This document shows positions 47,532-56,208 of a stretch of DNA of 64,000 nucleotides, one piece after another (positions within the stretch are counted from its first letter, which is position 1; each line of letters starts with the position of its first letter). A model generated the notes under the pieces. The model ran no database searches. It was not told where the DNA came from and worked only from the letters and a program-made list of their open reading frames with translations. Made by a program: the position numbers and the translations under genes. Source of the stretch: Thermodesulfobacteriota bacterium. Its GTDB lineage: Bacteria > Desulfobacterota > Desulfobulbia > Desulfobulbales > SURF-16. The stretch lies in NCBI GenBank assembly GCA_040755455.1, contig JBFMAY010000021.1, positions 1 to 64,000 of the forward strand, given 5' to 3'.

Positions 47532-47816
47532 TTACCTGCCCTTTTTAAACAGGGCGTCCAGTTTCTTCTTCACCTCGTCGGCGGCGTGAGAGGCGGCGGC
47601 CTGATTTTCCGCCGGCCGGAAATACTCGCAGAAATTACCCTTCTCCTTGTCCAGCACAAGTTCGGCGCTTGATTCCCGGCAGTCGTTTTCCGCGCCGTTA
47701 TCGTAATACAGGCAGTTTTGGCAGATGTGCAGATCAGCGCTGCAATGGGGGCATTCATCACGAAAGAGAATCTTGCCGGTGGTATTGACGATTTTTTTAC
47801 AGGTTGCGCAGCGCAT
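47532..47816 (-). CDS. small Cys-rich putative metal-binding protein
   Basis: CATC, CPHC, CQNC, C and NFCEYF; AGGAGG RBS. Confidence 0.8.
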   Translation of the reverse strand: MRCATCKKIVNTTGKILFRDECPHCSADLHICQNCLYYDNGAENDCRESSAELVLDKEKGNFCEYFRPAENQAAASHAADEVKKKLDALFKKGR

Positions 47817-47875
47817 AATACGATTACACCCCTCCTCCTGGTGTTCAGCAAATTGTTCAACCGGCCTTGCCGCGG

Positions 47876-48349
47876 TCAGACTTTCAGTCTGTCCCGGTAC
47901 ACCCCCGGTGACGAACCGGGGATCTCCACGGCATTGACTGTTCTGGCATAAAAGTCTCCATCCCCCGCGCCGCCGATCACGCCGTAAGCATAGCCGGCTG
48001 CCGCCATGCCGTGCAGGCAGCGCAGCAGCAGGGCCGCGCCGATGCCTCGGCGCCGGTAATCTTCGGCAACCCCGACCGGACCAAAAAAATTTTTCATGGT
48101 GCTGTCATGGCAGGCAAAGCCGGTAATGTTGCCGGCAGCGGTGGCGATGAAACAGGAGATGGGAGCATTGGCAAAGGCCATATCGCATTCCCCGGCCCAG
48201 CCGGTGCCGAAGTGAACCCGCACCCAGTCAACCACCTGAAATTTTTCATAGGCCATGGCCCGGCGGATGATGATGCCGTTCTCGGCCAGTCCAGCCAGCC
48301 GCGGCCGCTCATCCGGCAGTTCATAGAGTTTGACCAGCAGATCAGCCAT
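47876..48349 (-). CDS. GNAT-family acetyltransferase
   Basis: FGPVGVAEDYRRRGIGAALL acetyl-CoA motif and FYAR. Confidence 0.88.
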   Translation of the reverse strand: MADLLVKLYELPDERPRLAGLAENGIIIRRAMAYEKFQVVDWVRVHFGTGWAGECDMAFANAPISCFIATAAGNITGFACHDSTMKNFFGPVGVAEDYRRRGIGAALLLRCLHGMAAAGYAYGVIGGAGDGDFYARTVNAVEIPGSSPGVYRDRLKV

Positions 48350-48353
48350 CACT

Positions 48354-49883
48354 TCAGCTCCATGGTCCGGCGAGCCGGGTGGGCGGCTCGGCAATGGACT
48401 GGAAACGGGCCAGCCGCACCCGGTCCTGGTTGAGAAAGGAGAGCAGGGGCATGAACCCCCTCTCCATGATCAGCTCCGCGGCCCGCTGGGTAAGCACCAC
48501 CTCGGCGCAGGGCTTGGTGTGCGACTCGCCGTCTTTTTTATAGACATGCAGGGGGAGACTAGGGATCTCGTCCACCTCGCCCGGCGCCATCCGCCACTGC
48601 TGGCGGCTGAAGGCCTGGCCCAGGAGCAGGGCGCAGGCAAGAACGGGATTGCCCCACAGATACCTTTCATGGACGCCATCTTCGCCCAGCTCCTCAAAAG
48701 GAATGGAGTCGAGCGGCTCGGTGTCCGCCCCAAAGGGCAGCCGCAGCAGCAAACGGGGCAGCACCAGCCCCAGGTATTGCGCCTCGGGCAGAGTGCGCAG
48801 CAACTGCCAGGCCTCCTCCGCCGCCGGTTCAGGCTGGGGCTGCCAGTCATCGGGATCAGGGGTCTGGTGCAGGGAGCGGCCGCAAAGCATGCGGTCGCTT
48901 GCCGCGGCGATAAACGGCGCTCCGGCGGCTCCGGCAACCTGGGCCACGCGGGCCAGCAGGCCGATATCCGCCAGGGTCTTTTCCAGGCTGAAGCATCCCG
49001 CCACCATTGCCCACGGCTCCCCACCCGGGGTCCGCACCGCCTCCTCCACCAGCAGACGAAAGATGGCGCTTTTGCGCAGATCACTGCCCGATGCGAGATC
49101 GGCGGCAAGCTCCTCCTTGCCCATATCGAGCAGGTACACGCCGAGCTTGTCAGCGGTTTCGAGCCTGGAAACCAGAAAATCCAGGCCCCGCCAGGCCGCC
49201 TCCATTGCCTGAAAATGCGGATGACCTAAGATAAGGCGCAGCAGCTCACCGGCAGCCCTGTCCACCGCCTCAACCATTTCCTGCCGGCGGGGATGTTCCC
49301 TGGCCACCAGATGCGGTCTGACAATTTCCTGCACCAAGGTGTCCAGCTGGGAGCCGGAACGCGGAGGGGCCTGCCGGGATGAAGGCTGTTGCGCCTGGTC
49401 GATGATCTGCTCCAAGAGCCCGCCCGCCTCCATGGATGGCGGCGGCGGTCCCGGCGGCTCCTGCCTGGGCGGCTCTGCCCGCAGCTCGTCGGCCAAGGCG
49501 GCCAGTACCGCGGGATCGTGCAGACCTTCTTGCATGTCCCGCAGTTCCCTGAAAATATCAAGGCGCTGATAGATGCTGTCCGGATGGAAATCTTCCATGG
49601 CGGCAAAACCGATAGTGACCGGCGCATGGTTTTGGCCGGCCAGGGGCAGGGCGATCTCTACCTTCATGCTGCTCAGCACGGCATCGAGGTTGTCCCGGTC
49701 AACCGCCACGGGCCGCAGTCTGGCGGCGGCCGCTGACCGGCCCACACCGCGGCTTGCCCGGCCGCTGAAGTCGCCCATGAGCAGAATGCGGAAAGGTGTT
49801 TCAGGCTGGGGTTTCCCCTGCCGCTTCTCCAGATCGCCGACAAGGGCAAAACCATACTCGCTGATGGTGATGGGATCAGGCAT
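48354..49883 (-). CDS. T6SS contractile sheath protein, TssB(VipA)-TssC(VipB) fusion-like
   Basis: TssB motifs PFRILLMGDFSG, VDRDNLDAVL and MEDFHPD; TssC motifs ILGHPHFQAMEAAWRGL, PRLLLRLPFG and YLWGNP. Confidence 0.85.
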   Translation of the reverse strand: MPDPITISEYGFALVGDLEKRQGKPQPETPFRILLMGDFSGRASRGVGRSAAAARLRPVAVDRDNLDAVLSSMKVEIALPLAGQNHAPVTIGFAAMEDFHPDSIYQRLDIFRELRDMQEGLHDPAVLAALADELRAEPPRQEPPGPPPPSMEAGGLLEQIIDQAQQPSSRQAPPRSGSQLDTLVQEIVRPHLVAREHPRRQEMVEAVDRAAGELLRLILGHPHFQAMEAAWRGLDFLVSRLETADKLGVYLLDMGKEELAADLASGSDLRKSAIFRLLVEEAVRTPGGEPWAMVAGCFSLEKTLADIGLLARVAQVAGAAGAPFIAAASDRMLCGRSLHQTPDPDDWQPQPEPAAEEAWQLLRTLPEAQYLGLVLPRLLLRLPFGADTEPLDSIPFEELGEDGVHERYLWGNPVLACALLLGQAFSRQQWRMAPGEVDEIPSLPLHVYKKDGESHTKPCAEVVLTQRAAELIMERGFMPLLSFLNQDRVRLARFQSIAEPPTRLAGPWS

Positions 49884-50056
49884 CGCAAAACCCCCTTCTG
49901 GCAATTTACTGATTAACAAAAAAAATTTATTTTACCTAATACACGTTATCGTATATTTTCATTAACATAGCGTATTTACTTCCATCTGTCATGTCAATTG
50001 GCAGAAAAAACTCAATGCAGCGGGTGAACGATTCACCCCGCTTGCTGCGGCTCGGC

Positions 50057-50127
50057 GTAGGAGCGAGCCTTGCTCGCGACAACCAGTGGTTCCGCAATCC
50101 AGGATCGGGGGCATGGCCCCCTCCTAC
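50057..50127. repeat. REP doublet (GTAG family)
   Basis: GTAGGAGCGAGCCTTGCTCGCGA...TCGGGGGCATGGCCCCCTCCTAC. Confidence 0.75.
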
Positions 50128-50144
50128 AATACCAAGGGAGGATT

Positions 50145-51665
50145 ATGATGATGCCGGCCCAAAACAGCGCTCACTTATTCGCTTTCCCCGACCCGGACGA
50201 TTACCGCCGCCTGCGCGATCTGCTGGCAGAGGCGGGCTTTCTTGATGAAAGCGTCCTTGAGGCCATCGGCGTTAGCGACCTCCCCTCCCTGGAAAATGAT
50301 CATCCCCTGCTGCTTGACCGGACCGCCGGCGGCTCGGCCCTGCATACCCTGATCCGCCTCCTGCTCATGGAAATGCCGGTGGAGGCGGACACCTTCGCCA
50401 GGGCCATCCGGCCCATGTCGTCCGACTCCTGGCAGCAGGCCGGGCTGGTGCGCCGCCACGGCAGCCGGGTGGCCGCAGCGCTGAAATTATTGCCCTTCCG
50501 CAACCTGATCCTGGCCTTTGATCTCCCCGCCATGCTGCAGACCCCGCAGCGCAGCCAGTATGTCATGGGCATCGGCGGCAGCACCATCACCCTGAGCCAG
50601 CTCACCATCCGCAGGCCCGGCGGCCAGACCCTTGATCTGGGCTGCGGCTGCGGGGTGCATGCCTTTCTCGCCGCCCCGCACAGCAGCCGGGTGGCGGCGG
50701 TGGACCTCAACCCCCGGGCGGTGCGGCTTGCCGCCTTCAATGCCCGCCTGAACAATATCAGCAATGTCGACTGCCTGGAGGGGGATTTTTTCGGACCGGT
50801 AGCGGAGCGCAAATTTGATCTCATCATCAGCAATCCGCCCTTTGTCATCTCACCTGAATGTCGTTTCATTTACCGGGACGGCGGCATGGAGGCCGACTCG
50901 GTCAGCCGCAGGATCGCCCGGGAGGCGCCCCGTTTTCTGGAGGAGGGCGGCTTCTGCCAGATCCTGTGCAACTGGGCGGAGAAAGACGGCAGCGACTGGC
51001 GGCAGCAGATGGCCCAGTGGTTTGCCGATAGCCACTGCGATGTCTGGGTGATGCGTTCGGAATCGTTATCCCCTGCCGCCTATGCCTCCAAATGGATCCG
51101 CCATACCGAATTCAGCGACGGGGAAACGGAGTTCTCCCAGCGCTTCCATCAATGGCTGGAGTACTATGAGCGGCTGGGCATCGCCTCATTCGGCGCCGGG
51201 CTGATCACCATGCGCCGGCGGGTGAACGGGGCAAACTGGTTCCGGGCCGATGAAAGCCCGGACAGGATGATCGGCCCCTGCGGCGAGTATATTGCCAGGG
51301 GCTTTGCACTGCGGGATTTTCTTGAGACGGTGAGCGAGGACCGGGCCCTGCTCGCCTGTCGGCTGAAGTATTCGCCGGATATGCGGCTGGAGCAGCAGTT
51401 CACCCCGTCGGCGCAGGGCTGGCAGGTGACCGGCTCCTCCATCCAGCTGACCAAGGGACTGGCCTTCCGGGGCAATTCCGACACCTTCATGGCCAACCTG
51501 ATGATCCACTGCGATGGCAGGAGAACCCTGCAGGAGCTGCTGCCGGACATGGCGGCCGCGCTCAAGGCTGATCCCGCCCAGCTCGCCCCGCTTGTCTGCC
51601 AGCTCATCCGCAAACTTGTCGAGCAGGGATTTCTGTTGCCCGCCGGGCAAGGGAATGGGAGATGA
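50145..51665 (+). CDS. class I SAM-dependent methyltransferase (NPPF type) with C-terminal winged-helix
   Basis: LDLGCGCG and ISNPPF; C-terminal CDGRRTLQELL...IRKLVEQGFL. Confidence 0.85.
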   Translation: MMMPAQNSAHLFAFPDPDDYRRLRDLLAEAGFLDESVLEAIGVSDLPSLENDHPLLLDRTAGGSALHTLIRLLLMEMPVEADTFARAIRPMSSDSWQQAGLVRRHGSRVAAALKLLPFRNLILAFDLPAMLQTPQRSQYVMGIGGSTITLSQLTIRRPGGQTLDLGCGCGVHAFLAAPHSSRVAAVDLNPRAVRLAAFNARLNNISNVDCLEGDFFGPVAERKFDLIISNPPFVISPECRFIYRDGGMEADSVSRRIAREAPRFLEEGGFCQILCNWAEKDGSDWRQQMAQWFADSHCDVWVMRSESLSPAAYASKWIRHTEFSDGETEFSQRFHQWLEYYERLGIASFGAGLITMRRRVNGANWFRADESPDRMIGPCGEYIARGFALRDFLETVSEDRALLACRLKYSPDMRLEQQFTPSAQGWQVTGSSIQLTKGLAFRGNSDTFMANLMIHCDGRRTLQELLPDMAAALKADPAQLAPLVCQLIRKLVEQGFLLPAGQGNGR

Positions 51666-51931
51666 AAGAGGCAAATTCTTGGCCGTCTCGCAGGGATGAT
51701 CTATCGGGTCAGCACATGCGGGAATGAAAGGGCGATGCCCACCGCCAGGAAAATAAAGGCCGGGCGCAGCCAGAGGCGGTGCGGAAGATGGTTTTCCGGC
51801 CCTGCTCCTGAAGATATCCCGCCAGGATAAGCTGAGAAAAACCACCGCCAGGCCGATAAAGGCCATATTGGGACCAAGTTTGCTGCAGCGTCTACAGGTT
51901 AATTACCCGGAATCAATCTGTGCAGAAAACT

Positions 51932-53062
51932 TCAGAAACTGCCGGCATACTGCAGCATGAGGGAATGGCCGTGGTAGGTCACGTCGTCATGGTCCAGCCA
52001 GCCCTTTTCATCATCCAGATGAAAGAAGCCAAACATCAGCTCCAGGTTGCCGGCGGCGCTCACCTGCCGTTTGACGCTGAGACCCGCTGAATATTTTGTT
52101 CTGGTCCCTATATAGAGAAGGGATGATTCATCGTACTGGTTGTCGTCGACATACAGGAACTGGACAAATGGGGCGATACTGTCCTTGTCGCTGAAGTGAT
52201 AGCGGCAAAGGAGATCAGCCACGTATTCATCGCCGTAGCCTTCCTTGCTCTCTGTTTTCAAGCCACTGCTCGCCGCCCGGCGGAACTCGCTTTTCCCCCG
52301 GAAGGTTCCCTTGACATTGAACCGGGTTTCCCATTTTTCCGTCAGATAACGTGTTTCCGCGCCCAACAGGAAAAAATCCGACTCCCGGTAGAAATCATCG
52401 TCGTCAAGCGTGTCCTTGGAAAACGACCCGTAATCGCCGTAGAGCCGGAGCAGGCCATCCTCGGCCAGGTAATAACGGATCTCGCCGGTGATATAGGCGA
52501 TATCACCCGGATCATAGCTGCGGTATTCCGCGCTGTAATCGTATTCGCCTCTCCACAGAAAACCCGCGCCGAGCCCGGCGCCCCAATCTGCCCAGTCCCT
52601 GGTCATGCTGACATGGGGATTGACGTTGAATCCCTCGCCATGATCAACAATGGAAACCAGGTCCGGGTCCCGGATAATGAGCAGATCGTCTTCGTCAAAA
52701 TCCGTTTTGCCCGTGGGGCAGTTCAGGTCAAGGCCATACAGGATGTTGACCGGCAGTTTGTCAACCACCATATAGGAGAGGTTGACTTTGGTGTCGATCA
52801 CCGAGGAAAGACTCGGGTTGCCGGCCCCGCTGATATCGCTTTCCGTTCTCGTGAACGCGGTCAGAACCCTGGCGGAGAATTCATCGGTTGCAGTGCCCAG
52901 CTCAACCGGGACAAACACCTGATTGCCGTCCGTGTCATTATTGCCTTTCCACCAGTCATACTGCAGGCCGCCCTGAAAAGTAACTTCGGCCGCGCAGACG
53001 CCGGTGGCGTTTGCCCAGAGAGCCAGGGGAACCAGCAGCGTTGCCCATCGTTTCATCATCAT
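51932..53062 (-). CDS. putative outer-membrane beta-barrel protein
   Basis: Signal peptide, alternating amphipathic strands rich in Y/G/D, and a C-terminal YAGSF. Confidence 0.7.
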   Translation of the reverse strand: MMMKRWATLLVPLALWANATGVCAAEVTFQGGLQYDWWKGNNDTDGNQVFVPVELGTATDEFSARVLTAFTRTESDISGAGNPSLSSVIDTKVNLSYMVVDKLPVNILYGLDLNCPTGKTDFDEDDLLIIRDPDLVSIVDHGEGFNVNPHVSMTRDWADWGAGLGAGFLWRGEYDYSAEYRSYDPGDIAYITGEIRYYLAEDGLLRLYGDYGSFSKDTLDDDDFYRESDFFLLGAETRYLTEKWETRFNVKGTFRGKSEFRRAASSGLKTESKEGYGDEYVADLLCRYHFSDKDSIAPFVQFLYVDDNQYDESSLLYIGTRTKYSAGLSVKRQVSAAGNLELMFGFFHLDDEKGWLDHDDVTYHGHSLMLQYAGSF

Positions 53063-53163
53063 TTCTCACTTAAAAAGTATTCTATCATCTTCTTGTCAAT
53101 CAGCAGCAGCAAAGCAGCAAATAGTGAAGCGGGTTCGGTCATGCGGGATTATGGACCCTCTCC

Positions 53164-54507
53164 TCATTCGAGACAATTCGGGATGCCATCCTCATCCGCG
53201 TCAGCAGTATTTTCCACCGAATCCGCAATACCGCAGCCGCAGATGCCCGGTGCGGTTTTATTGGGGTCCGTGTCACAGAGTTCGTTGCAGTCCAGGGTCT
53301 CATCCCCATCTGTGTCCACATCGGCCACCCCGCAGCCGCAGATGCCCGGTGCGGTTTTATTGGGGTCCGTGTCACAGAGTTCGTTGCAGTCCAGGGTCTC
53401 ATCCCCATCCGTGTCCACATCAGCCACCCCGCAGCCGCAGGTGCCGGCCGCTGTTTTCAGCGGGTCATCCGGGCAGCTGTCATTGCAGTCCAGGATACCG
53501 TCTTGGTCGGAATCGGTATCAGCCACCCCGCAGCCGCAAGTGCCCGGGGCTGTTTTCAGCGGGTCGTCCGGACAGAGATCCGGATTTATCAGTCTCTCGC
53601 GTTCGACAATCTCAGCCGGGGTCCTCGTCCGTCTGACCGGATAGACCGGAATCAGGCTGTCGGTGAAGGAAGACCGTTCCCGCAGCTCATGGAGAAATGC
53701 TGCGCCACGCCAGCGGTTCCCTCTTTTCCGGCCGATAAGCCCGAGATCGGCAAGCTCCTGCAGCGCGTCAGCCGCCTGGGTCAGCCCGGGGTCCTGCTCA
53801 AGGGCCTTTCTGTAATACTCTTCCGCCTTGTCATACTCGCCCCGGTCACTGCATTCGATGGCCTGAAAAAAGGCTAAAAGCGCCCGGTAATCAGTGGAGA
53901 GAGGTTTTTGCAGCGCTGCCTTTTTCTCCGGGGTCAATTTGATCCCCAGAGTGTCGATAATGGCAAAAAGCAGCTCTTTTTCCATTTTGAAGAGTTCTTC
54001 AGCCATGCCTTTGGAACCAAACCGGTTCATGACGGATTCACGGGGCACATCAAGCAGATCAGAGGCAAGGGCAAGGGAACGTGACGAATCCTGACCGAAT
54101 TCACCGCCCACCAGATGCCGGGCTCTGACAAAGCGGCCGACCCGGGGCGCGCTTGCCTTATCCACCAGTCCGGAGGTCCCGAAGCCGATTTCTTCGACCA
54201 GGGCCTGCAGCCGTGCCCGCTCCAGCACCTGCAGTTCTTTAATCTGGGCCAGATCGGTGATCAGCATCACCGTGAGCCCTTTCCGCCAGGGATCGAACTC
54301 GCTGCGGCCCGTCAGATTCTGGAAATAGAGAACCGCCAGGGTGTTGTCACGAGTGTCGGAGCCCAGGGATTTCTCCTGGGCAATGGCATCCCTGGCCCAG
54401 CTTCTGAGATCTTCCGTAACCACCTGGCCGGCCAGGGTGAGCGCGGGACAGAGGAGGGGAATAATGAGGAGAAGGGAGAAAATAACGGCAAACAGTTTCT
54501 TGGGCAT
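53164..54507 (-). CDS. CsgG/HfaB-like plus TPR protein with thrombospondin-type-3-like Cys/Asp repeats
   Basis: TLAVLYFQN, MLITDL, LERARLQALVEE, a TPR, and repeats of C.DDP.KTAPG.CGCGVAD.D.D.D...DC. Confidence 0.8.
   Translation of the reverse strand: MPKKLFAVIFSLLLIIPLLCPALTLAGQVVTEDLRSWARDAIAQEKSLGSDTRDNTLAVLYFQNLTGRSEFDPWRKGLTVMLITDLAQIKELQVLERARLQALVEEIGFGTSGLVDKASAPRVGRFVRARHLVGGEFGQDSSRSLALASDLLDVPRESVMNRFGSKGMAEELFKMEKELLFAIIDTLGIKLTPEKKAALQKPLSTDYRALLAFFQAIECSDRGEYDKAEEYYRKALEQDPGLTQAADALQELADLGLIGRKRGNRWRGAAFLHELRERSSFTDSLIPVYPVRRTRTPAEIVERERLINPDLCPDDPLKTAPGTCGCGVADTDSDQDGILDCNDSCPDDPLKTAAGTCGCGVADVDTDGDETLDCNELCDTDPNKTAPGICGCGVADVDTDGDETLDCNELCDTDPNKTAPGICGCGIADSVENTADADEDGIPNCLE
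53231..53580 (-). repeat. 99-bp (33-aa) intragenic tandem repeat, ~3.5 units
   Basis: CCGCAGCCGCA recurs at 53231, 53330, 53429 and 53528; the first two units are nearly identical. Confidence 0.92.
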
Positions 54508-54653
54508 AAAGCGTTCTTCTTGTCAATTGTGGGTTTATGCTGATCATTTTTTAGGGGCCGTTACGACAACCCTTACATTTATACATTGCCAACCATTTCC
54601 ATACGGCCCCTTATACCGGTAACAAGGATGCGCCAGTCATTTTTTACAACGGC

Positions 54654-55379
54654 TTATTTGGCAAGCCGGATACTGTCCACCTGCCTGGCAAAGCCAGGGT
54701 CAAGCTCAATGGCTTTCTGGAAATACGATTCCGCCTCCTGCCGGTCACCCCGGTCAGAGGCTTCAAGCCCCTTGGAAAAGGCCAGGGCGGCATGCATGGT
54801 ATTGGCCGAAGCGGCTGCCTGGGTAGCAGCCAGGCGTTCCTGAAAGATGCCGGCAATCCGGTCTGCAAGTTTTTTCTCCAGTTGCAGAAACTGGTCCGAG
54901 GTCCCGCTTATGGATTCAGCCAGCATCGTTTCACTTGTTTCCACATTCACCAGCCTGGCGTCAATGCGCACCTGTTCGCCGAGCACGACAAAGGAACCGA
55001 AGGCAATGGAGCGGGCGCCAAGCAGTTTGCCGAGGCGCAGCGCGGTGGCCTGGTCAACATAGCCGCTCTGACTCAAGTCGATCTCCTGCAGGAGTTCCTT
55101 CATCTTGTTTCGTTCGATAATCTGGAGGTGCGTGGCGGAATGGCGCAGATCGGTGATCAGCATGGCAGCCAGTCCGCCGGTCAGGGGCTCATACTCGTCA
55201 TGCCGGGTGACGGCGTTGTTTTCAAAAGGGAAAATGGCCAGAGGCGTCGGCAGCCCGGCAATCGGCGCCTGCGCAGACGGTTCAGGAGCGGGCTGCTGCG
55301 TCCGGACTTCGGCGCAGCCACTGATAAAGGAAATAACGGCCAGCAGACAGAAGATACAGATAAACGGGACTTTATGCAT
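54654..55379 (-). CDS. CsgG/HfaB-family lipoprotein with C-terminal TPR
   Basis: ISGC lipobox, LAIFPFEN, IIERNKMKELLQEIDL, ALRLGKLLGA and RLVNVETSE. Confidence 0.82.
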   Translation of the reverse strand: MHKVPFICIFCLLAVISFISGCAEVRTQQPAPEPSAQAPIAGLPTPLAIFPFENNAVTRHDEYEPLTGGLAAMLITDLRHSATHLQIIERNKMKELLQEIDLSQSGYVDQATALRLGKLLGARSIAFGSFVVLGEQVRIDARLVNVETSETMLAESISGTSDQFLQLEKKLADRIAGIFQERLAATQAAASANTMHAALAFSKGLEASDRGDRQEAESYFQKAIELDPGFARQVDSIRLAK

Positions 55380-55773
55380 ATGAATGCCCAGTGATAAAGA
55401 AATTGCTTTTCAGCATTCTGGTTGAAAGAGGCTGCAATGAGGATGCATGCTATCCTCGCAAAACCTCTATTTATAAATGATTTCTATTAAATAATGGCCC
55501 CATTTTGAAATGTCAACAAGGATGTCGCTGCTGAGCGGGATTAAAAGCTCGGCAATGCTCCGCGGCATGCGGGGACTGGCCCTATTCGCCGCTTGCCGCG
55601 GCTGCGGTGGCATACCAGGGTCATAACGATCCGGCCGGAAATGCTCCGGAATCTCGGTTCTTTTGTTTACCCGCCAGGGATATGCCGGGTAATGGCGGCA
55701 TGAAATATCTGCAAAAAAAAGGCGCCGCAATGGGCGCCCTTGTCTGATCAGTCAATAGCCGGGGTCAACAGCA

Positions 55774-56076
55774 TCAATCGTGGCCATGCCCATGCCGGTG
55801 TTTATGGCCGTGGTTATCATAATGCTCCTCCTCATAGACATACACCTTTTTCGGCTCTTTTTTTTCCGAAGTGGCCACGGCCACGCCGGTCACACCGCCC
55901 AGGCCGGCACCGATCATGGCACCATCCCTGCCACCGATGGCGGAACCGATCGCGGCCCCGGCGGCACCGCCAACCGCGCCGCCCAGCACAGCCTTGCCAT
56001 CCACATCGCCGGCCATTACCGGGGTAGAAATCGAGGAGATCACGAAAAACGCCAGAATTCCCATTCGTATCATCAT
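55774..56076 (-). CDS. exported glycine-zipper protein with His-rich tail
   Basis: Signal peptide, GGAVGGAAGAAIG repeats, and HYDNHGHKHRHGHGHD. Confidence 0.8.
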   Translation of the reverse strand: MMIRMGILAFFVISSISTPVMAGDVDGKAVLGGAVGGAAGAAIGSAIGGRDGAMIGAGLGGVTGVAVATSEKKEPKKVYVYEEEHYDNHGHKHRHGHGHD

Positions 56077-56208
56077 TTTTTTTCTCTTTCCTAAAAATTT
56101 CAAGAAATAACCATGAGCACCATGCGCACGGCAGACATCAATTATTTGCAACAATAACAGCTTATCAGCGCATTTGCAATCCTGCCAGGAAAAATCTGCC
56201 GCAAATCC

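Noticed and set aside
35152..49883. Complete T6SS, prophage or tailocin
   Set aside because: No hcp/tube, baseplate, membrane-complex, ClpV, capsid or integrase genes in the window.
53231..53580. Regularly spaced repeats as a possible CRISPR array
   Set aside because: In-frame 99-bp coding repeats with no unique spacers and no cas genes.
52196..53644. 482-aa plus-strand Ser/Pro-rich repeat ORF
   Set aside because: It is the antisense read of the TSP3-like repeats and the barrel gene.
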